A stretch of DNA of 64,000 bases from the human T2T-CHM13v2.0 reference genome, Homo sapiens. Within the stretch, counting starts at the first letter, position 1; every line of letters starts with the position of its first letter. Location of the stretch: NCBI RefSeq assembly GCF_009914755.1, contig NC_060925.1. The stretch is one strand, 5' to 3'. Shown here piece after piece: positions 1 through 25,339 of this stretch. The notes beneath the pieces were generated by a model. It was not told the origin of the DNA, made no database searches, and saw nothing but the letters and a program-made list of their open reading frames with translations. The position numbers were made by a program, and so were the translations under genes.

Positions 1-5101
<5,101 letters not shown>

Positions 5102-6320
5102 TTAGAATATGTTTTAATGTCCGTTATTCTGCATGGATGATTCAGTTACATGGTGCGTTCTTTCAATACATAGATTCACATCCTTTTTTTATTTCAGGAA
5201 AATTTTCTTGAAATATAGTTTTTAGTATTCTGTTTTCTTGCTTGAGTTTTCATCACAGACAGAATTATTGATATGTTGGGTTTTCTTTGTCTATCTTCAA
5301 TATTTGTCATTTTCTCTTAAATTATTTTTAATTCTTCATTTCTTTATGATTTAATTTTTTCTTCTTTTGACTTTCTGTTTTTAATAGTTTTTTTGACATT
5401 GATTTACTCATGTTGTAATATAGGTTACATTTTTAAATGATTTTAAATTTCTAATTCTTTCTTGAGTTGTATCAGCTTACTTCTGAGTTTTCTATACCAT
5501 TTCATGTTGTATATCATTTTATATAGTTTGGCTTCTTTTGAGATAATATTTTGCATTTTTGGTGTTTCTTTCTCTCCTTTTATGTCCTTCTGGTGTGATT
5601 TCATTGTGATTGTATGAGATTTGACCTTGATATACTTACTTGTTTATTTTTTATGAAATTAATTTTCCTGAATGTTTAGAAAATAGCAGCTTTTCTAACT
5701 TCACAGACCCTCCTCTTCTGCTGTTTGTGTTTCATCTTAAAAAATATAGCATCTTGCTTTGTGAAATTTCCTAGCTTTGTTCCCGTTCGCCACTTTTATC
5801 TGTATTTTTTTTTCCTTTAAAAGAAAGAAAGAAAATATTGTCTATTATCTCTTTGCTGCTAAATGATGCTTCTAGTCTGAGGATTTTCTCTTCAATATGG
5901 AGCCCTGTCCTGGAAGGAAACTCTGGTGGATCAGGTTTGAGAGCTCCTAGAGAATAGACTGCTGCAGAGCTGCTGTAAATCAGCAGATAATTTACACTCA
6001 GTGAAAATTTGTTGAATGAACAAGCTCTGCTCAGTTTCAGCCATTCTTCTCAGATTCCAAGGATTGGAACTTGTACTTTCCAAGGATTATCTGTTGGATG
6101 TTTTGGTTCTTTTGTTCTCAGGACCATCAAATGCCTTGTTACTTCTCCTTGTGGTTGTTAGTAGTTTGTCTCTATCCATTTGTATTTTGAGGTTTGCATG
6201 GTATCCTGTTACACAGATTTGTTGGAATTTTGGTTTTGCTGTCTAGTTGCTTGATCTTTTTAATGTGGTGATCTGGGAAGAAACAAAAAACTGTGCTGCC
6301 ACTGCCATCTTCCCAGGATA
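5102..6320 (-). mobile_element. Ancient L1M (L1ME/MD-like) 5' region remnant
   Basis: T-rich degenerate L1-like sequence ending in gccactgccatcttcccagga (reverse complement ...GGAAGATGGCAG), typical of old L1 5' ends. Confidence 0.45.
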
Positions 6321-8636
6321 CTACAATAGTTAATCTTTTTATAGATGAGAAACCTGAAGCCCAGGGAATTAAAGTTATTTGCCCAAGATTCCACAGCTAG
6401 CAGCAGGAGATAACTGTAAGTAAAGCAGCTTAATTAGTGTCTGTTGCAGAGAAACTGATTAATGCATGCTCTTTTCTTTCTCCTTTCTTCCCTCATTCTT
6501 CCCAATCCTTCTTCTCTTCCTTCCTTGCTTTCAATTCTCCTTCCCTTTCTCCAGAGCCCATATTTAAACCCAGTTATTTCTGACTTCAAAGCCTCTGCAA
6601 ATTCATTAAATGTGCTATACTTCTACCCCATACTGTGAAATCACTGGAGTTTTTAATTCAACAGAACTATTGAAACAAAATTAGTTTCACTAAAACTTAC
6701 ACCCGTCTTGCTCTAAGAATGTTTTCTTCTTTGCTGTTAAGCTTATATACTTTTCTAATAAAATCCACAAATGTCAAATTCTTTGACACATGCCTCATCA
6801 AAACGTGGCACGTTAGAAATAAATTGATGCCCCTAGTTCAGTGAATCCACTTATAGGCATTATATATAATCCTTTAATTGCCTTCTTTCTTTTTAAAATA
6901 TCTTCTACCATCACCCAGGAAACCACATTTGACAAAATGTAAATGAAATCTGAACCCGAAAAGGCTTGACTTCACTTCTGAATTTAAAAACCACAGAATT
7001 TAAAGATATTTTAAAGTTTGGACGAAGTCAAATGCCCTGCTTTTGAAAAATCTTATAAAACTGCCAGTTAACTATTCAGCTTTGAGACACAAGTCCACAA
7101 AATACTAAGCTGCATTAGTTAGGAAGCTTGGCTCCTGATAATACTTGACTGAAACTGATTCATTCAAAAGTTGAATGCACTTTGAAGGCTCCCAAATAAT
7201 TTATACTGTATACCCTGTAATGTAAAAACTATAATTTACTAATTCTCCACAATCTTCTACAAAAGATTAATTAGAAATTAGATCTTGGGGAGCAGAGTTT
7301 TGCTTAAGGTATGAAATCACCACACAAAACCTAAGGGATTCTATTTCCAGCCAATCCCTTTATAAAATCCTGTTCCAGCTTTTGGCTCTGTAATGGATTT
7401 CCCAGGTTGGTGATATACCACACAGAAAATGCCATTTCCTTATTTTTTTCCCCCTTGAACTTCCTGCACTAACTGTGCAGGCTTAGTCCACACTGTTTGA
7501 ATTTACTTATTGTGGTTTGCATAAAATTATCCTTCACTCATCTACACGTAGTAGATAATGGTTATTTGCCTATAAATCTAACAGGTACTAAGTTTTATTT
7601 ACCCTCCTGCACTGTGGGCATTCTCTGAACAAACGGGCAGTTGTTCTTGAAACATTTTCCATTTTTATGAGTTTTGGAACTGTTGGAACTGTTTGAAACT
7701 GCTTGTTGCTTTGTGTGCTTTTTAGCAGCTCGAGGCTCCTTCTTTCACGGTGTTTACTCTGGAGCTGGGGTGAACAGAGGATCTTGGAAATGACAGAGTG
7801 TTAATATCCTGGAGTGTGTCTTGCTACATGTAAAAGATTGCTTCTCTAGGCTGCTAAGAGCTGCAGCAGAAGCAGACTTTTCAGGAGACACACAGACAAA
7901 CACATTTAGTCATGAATGGTTGCACACCTACTCTCACTCTCTCTGATTTTGCATGTGCACGAGCAGGCCAGGAAACCTGACCCCATGTTGATTGGAACGT
8001 TGCTTTGCATTTATTTCCAGAATATTTGGAATGGCACATATGTTTCCCATTAACGCTCATGTTTGATTGTTCTAAGTAATTTTTTAAAAATTAAATAAAC
8101 CTGTATCAAAAATTGTCACTTTGTGTTGAAGAAGCACAATTAGGTCCCTTTGGGGGAGTAAACTGAAAAGAAAGAATGAGATGAAATATTTTGGCTTCTT
8201 TATATGTATTTCTGTAAATGAGAGTGGCATTAAGATCTAGTCATACATTTGAGGTTCAAGGGATTTTAAATAGCTTTTGAACAAATCAAGCACAAAGTAG
8301 CATTACTTACACAAAGAAACTCATTTAAAATAGCCCATTAATGAAATGTGATTTTAAACCATGTCTGTTTTAAATATATGTTCAAAATTAAAAGTTACTG
8401 GGCCAGAAATGGAAAGTTAATGCCTGAATATAATGACTGTAATTGTTTCAACCCATAAGGGCATGATTTGGTAAATTATCAGACCTGGTATAATATACTT
8501 AGACCAAGAAGACTTCATAAATTTCTAAAAGTGCAGTTATTTGAATCTGTCTTTATTTTACCTAACAACCTAAGGGTTGTCTCCAAACTCAACCTGGTAA
8601 TGCTGTGGCCCTGTTAAGACAAAAAGGAAAAAAGCT

Positions 8637-8704
8637 TATGTATGTATATATGTATGTATGTATGCATGTATGTATCTGTCTATATCTATCTATCATCTAT
8701 CTAA

Positions 8705-8747
<43 letters not shown>

Positions 8748-8810
8748 CTATCATCATTTGGCTATCTAGCTATCATCTATATAGCTATCTATCATTATCT
8801 ATCTCTATAT
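8637..8810. repeat. Compound tetranucleotide microsatellite (TATG)n/(TCTA)n
   Basis: Directly visible; uninterrupted TATC run around 8706-8745. Confidence 0.95.
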
Positions 8811-8930
8811 CTGAATCTAAGTGGCTAAGTCAAATATTTTGAGACCCAGGTATCAGGCTGATATTGCCTCCCGGCTCCTTACCTATCCTTTTATTTCACT
8901 CTTTCATTCTATACATTTTGGATAGCACTT

Positions 8931-9503
8931 TGTGTATTAATCCTGTTTTTTATTTCTCATAGTTTATAATGCTTTGACATATTGGGAGGTCATGGGGACT
9001 TAGGGAGGGACTTCCCCTCCCAGGGTTTGCTAATTCCTAGACATTGCAAGCAACTTGCCTGTGAGCATGCTTTTGATATGCAAGCCAACCAACTAGAGCT
9101 CAGACTCTCACTAACCTCCTTTCTCAAATTCTCATACACCAAGCCAATACTTCCCTGCCTTAAATTACCCAAGGACTGGGTACCAGACAACTAAGTACCA
9201 CCCTAGATGCCAGAGCCCTTTGAAATTATTCAAATTGTCCAATCGTAAGCTTGCTCGGTGTACCTACCCTACCTCACCCATTCCTTCCCACAGAAACCTA
9301 ATACAGGCCCTGGTCCATATTTTCCCCTTCTTTCCTTCTGCCTCCCAACTGACTGGGTACTTCCCCATGTGGCCCTGTGTTGTATGGCATGTTCCTTCCT
9401 CTTGGGAACTGTAAGTAATAAACTATTTTTTCAATGGAATAATTTCCTGATCTATTGGCCTCATCATGCCTTATTAAAACGAATCCTAGGTATATTTAAG
9501 CAC
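8931..9503 (+). mobile_element. Solo ERVL-type LTR (MER54/MER73/MER74-like)
   Basis: TG...CA termini, motif atgctttgacat...cccctcccaggg..gctaattcctaga recalled from this family, AATAAA near 9417. Confidence 0.6.
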
Positions 9504-10210
9504 ACTTTGGCACTCTTCTCTATCATAGACTCCTGGCCTCTCTCTACCCACCTTCATTTCTATTCTTAAAGACCTTTGTGACTCTATTAACAGACATGCT
9601 GAGACAGCCCTTTTTGGTGAGGTATACTCCTGTAAAACTCCAATCCCAGAGGAGTCGTTTGGCCTAGAGGTAGTTAAGCACCATCATAGCTCCTGGCCTT
9701 TATGTGAAGATATTCCATCCTGACAGGCCCAACCCAGTCTCCACTGCTGCCTCAGGAGATGAGTTCAACCGTGAGATACTTTTCCTGGAGCTGCTCCAGG
9801 CTCTGCTACCATTTCAAGCCCATGACTAGGCTTACCTTACTAATCATTCTTCAGATCCCAATTCCCCCATAAAATGTAAGACCCCTTTGCCCACTCTTCC
9901 AAGCTCACTTCTGTCCTTTCTTGTATATTTTCTCCACTATCTCCACCCAACCATCTCCTTACCATCCATCCAAAGTCCTACCAATCCTTAAGTCCTCTAT
10001 AAAATCTTCTTCAATAATAAATCCTCTCTCTGAATTTGATTATATTTAATTGAATATTTTCTCATTTGTTGTCATTTTCTCTACATTTCACATACATTTT
10101 TCTTATATAACTGGATCCCTAGATTTTAAAATACTTGGCACTGTAAGGAAAGCTTGGAATTTGAAGTCAGAAGACTTGAACACATATCCTGATTCAATTA
10201 CTTAAAAGTT

Positions 10211-10595
10211 TTATTAGTCTGCTCAGGCTGCTCTACAAAATACCACATTGTGATAGACTTAAAGGATGGAGATTTATTTCTCATAGTATGGGAGGCAAAA
10301 AGTCCCAGATCAAGGTCTGGCAGGGTCTGTTCCTGGTGAGGGCTCTCTTCCTCGTTTGTAGATGGCTTCCTTTTCACTGTGTCCTCACATCTTTTTCTTG
10401 GTGTATGAGCATGAAGAGAAAGAACAAGAGGGAGCTCTCCAATGTTTCTGATAGGGACACTAATCTCATAGGATCAGGACCCCACCTAACTTTAATCACT
10501 TCCCTAGAGGTCCCATCTCTAAAAACACCCACATGGGGGGTGAGAGCTTTAACATACAAATTTTTGGAGGGCATAAACATTCCAAATGACTACAA
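10211..10595 (-). mobile_element. MaLR LTR (MLT1A/B-like)
   Basis: ttagtctgctcaggctgct..caaaatacca...cagatcaaggtctggcagggtctgttcctggtgagggctctcttcc signature. Confidence 0.8.
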
Positions 10596-11138
10596 CAATA
10601 TTTTTACGTTTGAAAATGAGGAAAATACTACCCAGCATTTCTTCCCAAACTCTACCAAAGGGCTGAATCATGTTAAGTGCTGAAAAATAATTATTGCATT
10701 GAATTTTAAGTAAACAATTTTATTATTTGTATTTATGAAATTGATATTGCAGAATGAGAAGTAAATTTATGTCACCTGAAATCCTGATGTTAACTTTTCA
10801 GGTTTCAAGAGTTGAATCTCAGCTTTTAGAAAGGCTTTTGCAGCTGATTCTTTCCATTGCACATTAGGGCAAAAGGGCCTCTGGTGTCAAATTTTCTTTA
10901 TCTCTAAAAATAAATGTTTTTAATCTTTCCAAATAAATTATCTTATTCCTCACACTGTCAGCCTAGCTTCACACTCTAGTATGAAAATCTCAGAATTCTA
11001 GCTGAAATATGGAGAGGCATTTTACAAATACACATATTTTTTAGAGGACAGTTTTATTCCACTTGGTATTTTTTTTTTTTACGATAAATTCTATTCTCTC
11101 CATCTACATCCGTTAGACTGTCTCTTAGATTCTTTTCT

Positions 11139-11490
11139 CAGATGGCTTGCCAGAGGTTGGGAAAGGTAGTGGGGATCCAGGGGAGGTGTGGGGGTGGTTA
11201 ATTGGGACAAAAATATAGAATGAATAAGACCTACTATTTGACAACACAATAGAGTGACTATAGTCAATAATAACTTAATTGTATATATTAAAATAACTTA
11301 AGAGTATAATTGGGTTGTTTGTAACTCAAAGGATAAATGCTTGAGGGGATGGATACCCCATTCTCTATGATGTACTTATTTCACATTGCATGCCTGTATC
11401 AAAACATCTCATGTGCCCCATAAATATATACACCTACTGGGTACCCACAAAGAATTAAAAAATAACTTAAAAAATTTTATAAAACTAAAA
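11139..11490 (+). mobile_element. L1MA 3' end fragment
   Basis: agaatgaataagacctactatttga...ggataaatgcttgaggggatggatacccc...gtacccacaaa followed by an A-rich tail. Confidence 0.85.
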
Positions 11491-12812
11491 CCAAAACAAA
11501 CAAACTCCTTTTTGGTGAGTATTAGGTAAAAAAAAATTCAATTCAAGTTAAAATTGCCTTCCCATGCTAATCACTAGAACTTCAAGCTAGTCATCTGGTC
11601 CTTCTAGATTCTTACACTATGGATCTTTTGAAATAATATTTCCTAGATGCTGCCACCAGTTATTACCAGCTCCTCCTTTGATTTACTCCCAAATTTCTCT
11701 TTGTTTTCACTTTCTTTCTGCTCCACTCATAACACCTCTAATTTCATTTATTCATCCAAAAAGCATTAATTGAGAACTTTTTATATGCCAGGCACTAGGA
11801 ATTTGATGGTGAATAAGATTGGCCCCGACCCTGCTCTCATTAGTTTTATAGTCTAATGGACAATAAATTTTCTTTGACTGGGGAAGCACTAGGTGCTCTG
11901 AGCTCATGGTCTTGAAGGGAATGTCAGGGCAAAGGGAGTAAAGGGAGAACCATAGGTGCAAAGTCACAGGAAAGAAGAAACAATGCCTGCTAGTGAGCTG
12001 TAACCAACCTCAATAATTTCAACTACCTTCTACATGATTCCTCCACCTCTCTCTCCTGGAACTCTGTCTGTTGACAAGCATCTTCTGTCTGTTGACAAGC
12101 ATTTCTTTCTACAACGCAAACTTGGCTATTACACTCCTGTTTCAGAACTCTTAATGGATTCCTGTTACCTACAGAATGAAGTCCAAACTCAGTATGTCAG
12201 ATCACCTCATCTGCCATAACCCTGTGTGGGATACCTTTAGTCACTCCACATTACTTGCTGTTTCCCAAATAAAATGCACTTTATACTTCTGTGAATTTGC
12301 CTCTTCCTCCTAAATTTGTTTACTCGATGAACTCATTTTAAACTCAGCTTTTAATGTCATTACTATGAAAATATTCTTAACCTTTCAGTTTCTCAAATAA
12401 AATTAATTGCTTTTTTCTTTGTAGCTTGTCACAACTCATGTTGTTTACGTAACTGCCTCCCTAGATAGACTATGTATTTCTCAAGCCCTTTGATATTTTA
12501 TACCGGTATTCAGTAGATACATACTAAATTAACTTGAATTCAGCCTTTCACAAGTATCTTTTCTCTTCTCGCTGAGATCAATGCACTTGACCCCTTTTAT
12601 TTGATTATTCTTCTTCTGATGTTTGGATGCCATTTATCCATTAAACTTAGGCCTTACATTTAACCAAGAAAGCTGTTTAATAAAGATACAACTGCTTATG
12701 GAGCGCATTTATCACAGTGATTCACAATTTACAGAATCACTTTTCACATATTTAGTTAATAAAAGAATGATCAATCTTTAATAAAGCTGGGCTTAAAATG
12801 ACATATTTTTCT

Positions 12813-16855
<4,043 letters not shown>

Positions 16856-17948
16856 ATATTTTTCTATACAGATACTGACATCTTGCCATTCTTGAAATCT
16901 AAAATAGTTTTGTAACTTGATATTTCCAATTGCTGCTTTCTCTGGATTTTTTTTCTAGTAGCTAGCTTAATAAATACTTATTGAAATAATTAAATCAATA
17001 AATGTGGTGTTAAGTTTGATTTAGAAATGTTTCCCAACAAATTTTCAAGCTAAAATTTCTAGATCACTGTACCAAAGCAATTATTATTGGCAAGAAAACA
17101 GTATCCTGAATTTCTTCATGTTTCATGATGCCCCACATTTAAACCATGTATCTAGAAATATTTTTATGTGTATGTTCCCGCACATTGTTCTCCATATGAA
17201 AGATGCTATTTTACAACTTTGTGCATTTGCTTATGCTGTTTTCTTTGCCTAGACTATACTTTCCTCTTTATTCTCCTTTAAAAACCACCCTAAAAATTAG
17301 CTTTACTATTTTCTCCTCCATGAAGCATTCCTCAAGCCTCCTGACAGTTGAAGTATCCACAGAATTCTTTTTTTTAATTTTATTATTATTATAATACTTT
17401 AAGTTTTAGGGTACATGTGCACAATGTGCAGGTTAGTTACATAGGTATGCATGTGCCATGCTGGTGTGCTACACCCATTAACTCGTCATTTAGCGTTAGG
17501 TATATCTCCTAATGCTATCCCTCTCCCCTCCCCCCACCCCACAACTGTCCCCAGAGTGTGATGTTCCCCTTCCTGTGTCCACGTGTTCTCATTGTTCAGT
17601 TCCCACCTATGATTGAGAATATGCGGTGTTTGGTTTTTTGTTCTTGTGATAGTTTACTGAGAATGATGATTTCCAATTTCATCCATGTCCCTACAAAGGA
17701 CATGAACTCATCATTTTTTATGGCTGCATAGTATTCCATGGTGTATATGTGCCACATTTTCTTAACCCAGTTATCATTGTTGGACATTTGGGTTGGTTCC
17801 AAGTCTTTGCTATTGTGAATAGTGCCGCAATAAACATACGTGTGCATGTGTCTTTATAGCGGCATGATTTATAGTCCTTTGGGTATATACCCAGTAATGG
17901 GATGGCTGGGTCAAATGGTATTTCTAGTTCTAGATCCCTGAGGAATCA

Positions 17949-19772
<1,824 letters not shown>

Positions 19773-19775
19773 TCA

Positions 19776-20490
<715 letters not shown>

Positions 20491-20493
20491 TTA

Positions 20494-20934
<441 letters not shown>

Positions 20935-22237
20935 TTAACGTTCTGTCTTGTTTATCTGTCTAATGTTGACAGTGGGGTGTTAAAGTCTCCCATTATTATT
21001 GTGTGGGAGTCTAAGTCTCTTTGTAGGTCACTCAGGACTTGCTTTATGAATCTGGGTGCTCCTGTATTGGGTGCATATATATTTAGGATAGTTAGCTCTT
21101 CTTGTTGAATTGATCCTTTTACCATTATGTAATGGCCTTCTTTGTCTCTTTTGATCTTTGTTGGTTTAAAGTCTGTTTTGTCAGAGACTAGGATTGCAAC
21201 CCCTGCCTTTTTTTGTTTTCCATTTGCTTGGTAGATCTTCCTCCATCCTTTTATTTTGAGCCTATGTGAGTCTCTGCACGTGCGATGGGTTTCCTGAATA
21301 CAGCACACTGATGGGTCTTGACTCTTTATCCAATTTGCCAGTCTATGTCTTTTAATTGGAGCATTTAGTCCATTTACATTTAAAGTTAATATTGTTATGT
21401 GTGAATTTGATCCTGTCCTGATGATGTTAGGTGGTTATTTTGCTCGTTAGTTGATGCAGTTTCTTCCTAGTCTCGATGGTCTTTACAATTTGGCATGATT
21501 TTGCAGTGGCTGGTACTGGTTGTTCCTTTCCATGTTTAGTGCTTCCCTCAGGAGCTCTTTTAGGGCAGGCCTGGTGGTGACAAAATCTCTCAGCATTTGC
21601 TTGTCTGTAAAGGATTTTATTTCTCCTTCACTTGTGAAGCTTAGTTTGGCTGGATATGAAATTCTGGGTTGAAAATTCTTTTCTTTAAGAAAGTTGAATA
21701 TTGGCCCCCACTCTCTTCTGGCTTGTAGAGTTTCTGCCGAGAGATCCGCTGTTAGTTTGATGGGCTTCCCTTTGTGGGTAACCCGACCTTTCCTTCTGGC
21801 TGCCCTTAACATTTTTTCCTTCATTTCAACTTTGGTGAATCTGACAATTATGTGTCTTGGAGTTGCTCTTCTCAAGGAGTATCTTTGTGGCGTTCTCTGT
21901 ATTTCCTGAATCTGAATGTTGGCCTGCCTTTCTAGGTTGGGGAAGTTCTCCTGGATAATATCCTGCAGAGTGTTTTCCAACTTGGTTCCATTCTCCCCGT
22001 CACTTTCAGGTACACCAATCAGATTTAGAGTTGGTCTTTTCACATAGTCCCATATTTCTTGGAGGCTTTGTTCGTTTCTTTTTATCTTTTTTTCTAAACT
22101 TCCCTTCTCACTTCATTTCATTCATTTGATCTTCCATCACTGATACCCTTTCTTCCAGTTGATTGCATCAGCTCCTGAGGCTTCTGCATTCTTCACGTAG
22201 TTCTCAAGCCTTGGCTTTCAGCTCCGTCAGCTCCTTT

Positions 22238-22412
22238 TTCTTTTTTTTTTTTATTATACTTTAAGTTTTAGGGTACATGTGCACATTGTGCAGGTTAGTT
22301 ACAAATGTATACATGTGCCATGCTGGCGCGCTGCACCCACTAACTCGTCATCTAGCATTAGGTATATCTCCCAATGCTATCCCTCCCCCCTCCCCCCACC
22401 CCACAACAGTCC
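22238..22412 (-). mobile_element. Nested, heavily 5'-truncated L1PA2-like 3' end inserted in ORF1 of the host L1
   Basis: Poly(T) then ttattatactttaagttttagggtacatgtgcacattgtgcagg...ccacaacagtcc interrupts host ORF1. Confidence 0.93.
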
Positions 22413-23237
22413 GTTATTCTAGTTTTACATTCGTCTAATTTTTTTTCGAAGTTTTAAACTTCTTTGCCTTTGGTTTGAATTTCCTCCTGTAGCTCTGAGT
22501 AGTTTGATCATCTGAAGCCTTCTTCTCTCAACTCGTCAAAGTCATTCTCCGTCCAGCTTTGTTCCGTTGCTGGTGAGGATCTGCGTTCCTTTGGAGGAGG
22601 AGAGGCACTCTGATTTTTAGAGTTTCCAGTTTTTCTGTTCTGTTTTTTCCCCATCTTTGCGGTTTTATCTATCTTTGGTCTTTGATGATGGTGACGTACA
22701 GATGGGGTTTTGGCGTGGATGTCCTTTCTGTTTGTTAGTTTTCCTTCTAACCGTCAGGACCCTCAGCTGCAGGTCTGTTGGAGTTTGCCGGAGGTCCACT
22801 CCAGACCCTGTTTGCCTGGGTATCAGCAACAGTGGCTGCAGAACAGCAAATATTGGTGAACAGCAAATGTTGCTGCCTGATCGTTCCTCTGGAAGTTTTG
22901 TCTCAGAGGAGTACCCGGCCGTGTGAGGTGTCAGTCTGCCCCTACTGGGGGGTGCCTCCCAGTTAGGCTGCTCGGGGGTCAGGGGTCAGGGACCCACTTG
23001 AGGAGGCAGTCTGCCCGTTTTCAGATCTCTAGCTGTGTGCTGGGAGAACCACTGCTCTCTTCAAAGCTGTCAGACAGGGACATTTAAGTCTGCAGAGGTT
23101 ACTGCTGTCTTTTTGTTTGTCTATGCCCTGCCGCCAGAGGTGGAGCCTACAGAGGCAGGCAGGCCTCCTGGAGCTGTGGTGGGCTCCACCCAGTTCGAGC
23201 TTCCTGGCTTCTTTGTTTACCTAAGCAAACCTGGGCA

Positions 23238-23492
23238 ATGGTGGGTGCCCCTCCCCCAGCCTTGCTGCCGCCTTGCAGTTTGATCTCAGACTGCTGTGCT
23301 AGCAATCAGCGAGACTATGTGGGCGTAGGATCCTCTGAGCCAGGTGCGGGATATAATCTCCTGGTGCACTGTTTTTTAAGCCTGTCGGAAAAGTGCAGTA
23401 TTAGGGTGGGAGTGACCCGATTTTCCAGGTGCCATCTGTCACCCCTTTCTTTGACTAGCAAAGGGAACTCCCTGACTCCTTGTGCTTCCTGA
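23238..23492 (+). CDS. L1 ORF0 variant (84 aa); expression unproven
   Basis: MVGAPPPALLPPCSLISDCCASNQRDY... in the antisense 5'UTR. Confidence 0.5.
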   Translation: MVGAPPPALLPPCSLISDCCASNQRDYVGVGSSEPGAGYNLLVHCFLSLSEKCSIRVGVTRFSRCHLSPLSLTSKGNSLTPCAS

Positions 23493-25339
23493 GTGAGGCA
23501 ATGCCTCACCCTGCTTCCGCTCGTGCACGGTGTGCTGCACCCACTGTCCTGTGCCCACTGTCTGGCACTCCCTAGTGAGATGAACCCGGTACCTCAGATG
23601 GAAATGCAGAAATCACCCGTCTTCTGCATCGCTCACACTGGGAGCTATAGACCGGAGCTGTTCCTATTCGGCCATCTTGGCTGCCAGCCTACAGAATTCT
23701 TTTTAAAATCTTTATCAGAGCACACGCCACACTATATTGAAATTATATTTTTACCATCTATTTTTCCCAGTTGAGTGTAGCTCTTCAAGGAAAGAATATG
23801 TGTTTCATTCATTTATTTTATTGGAGAATTTCTGACACAGTGTGTACCCAATAAATGTTTATTGACTACTGGATTTTGATGCTTAATGTATTTTATATGC
23901 CAAATGTATATTTAGGGTTTGCAACTAGGCAGAAATATGAAGTGTGTCTCTTGTACTCTTTTGCAGCAATCTCCTTTCCTAACTTGCAGTACCTATTCCA
24001 TGATTCTCATGCTTTTATAGCAGTCTTCTCTCATGGTTAAGAATATGTCTGGTTCAGTCATTAACACTAAGATGTTATTAGGGCTATATTAAAGGAATGA
24101 ATTTGTAATTTTAGACACAAAAACACCTGAGTAGAAAAGATATATTTTGAAGGGCATAGGACTTTCCAGTTCTTGTTAAATCACTTTAAGTATGCCACTA
24201 CCTTCTATTAATTTTTGCTGCTACTACTAAGCATCTTGGGAACTCCACAGATGTATTCACTGTGAGTTCTTTGACAATCCCATATGACAAAATTCAAAAC
24301 ACTATGTATTTTCGCTATTCTGTGACTTGGTCCATATAGTTTACTCTCTCTGGTTTTCTTCTGTTGCTCATCTCCCTTCAAAATGTTGACTTATTTTTCA
24401 GTGTCACCTCTCCCAGTAATTGCCACTCAAAAGATAATTAATTGCTTCTTCTGTGCTGTCCCAGCACATTTGTCTAGATTGTAGACTTTATTGTGATATT
24501 ATAAGTTGTCATATTCTTGTCTCTATCTCCTACTTAAGTATGAATTCTTTGAGATAAAGGATTTTGTCTTCCTTATGTTTGATTCTCACCTCATTTCAGT
24601 TCCTAGAAAAAGTTTGCGTTACACTCAATGAAGGGTTGTTGTAGTAAATAAAGTCAGTAAACCAAATGAACATATACTGGATGCTAAAATAAAGTTCTAT
24701 ATCTGGAATAAACATTTTATCTGGAATAAACAATTTATTTATAATAAACATTTCTTTCTGAGCTATAGGGCTGCTTTAGCCTCAGTGTTTCATTCATGTA
24801 AATGGCATTAATCAAATGAACTATACATGTTACTGTAACCATAAGATGATGCTGACCACCGAAGGCAGAGTCTGGATGGCAGTAGAGAAAAATGCAGGAA
24901 TTCAATGGGTGGTGGATTGGTTGACTTAAAGGCTCCTTAATCTCCAAAATCCAGTGAAACATGATATTCATGACTGGCCTGTTCTGAAACTTAGGGACAA
25001 AGTAGATGCTGACCATGGTGCTGAAGGTTTGAATTGCATGTAATGAGCTCTTAGACACATGGTCTTTCACATCACAAAAATCAATCAGTGCCAGACTAGC
25101 ACAAGTATAATTTACTTGATAGGTTATATTTTGATGTGTGCTTCTACATACTGCTATCAAAGCCCACAACTTTTATGATCAGTTCTAACTGGTGTATCTC
25201 AATGTAGAGTACATTGAAATACAAGATACAAGTACCCATAAACATTCATGAGAGCCAGGTCCATTCATTGAGAAAAATCAGATTTACTGCATAGACATTT
25301 ATCCTCAAGTTTTCTTATTGGATACATTTTTGCTTCCAG

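Noticed and set aside
24735-25169. 144-aa minus-strand ORF
   Set aside because: Non-ATG start, no recognisable domain, AT-rich intergenic context.
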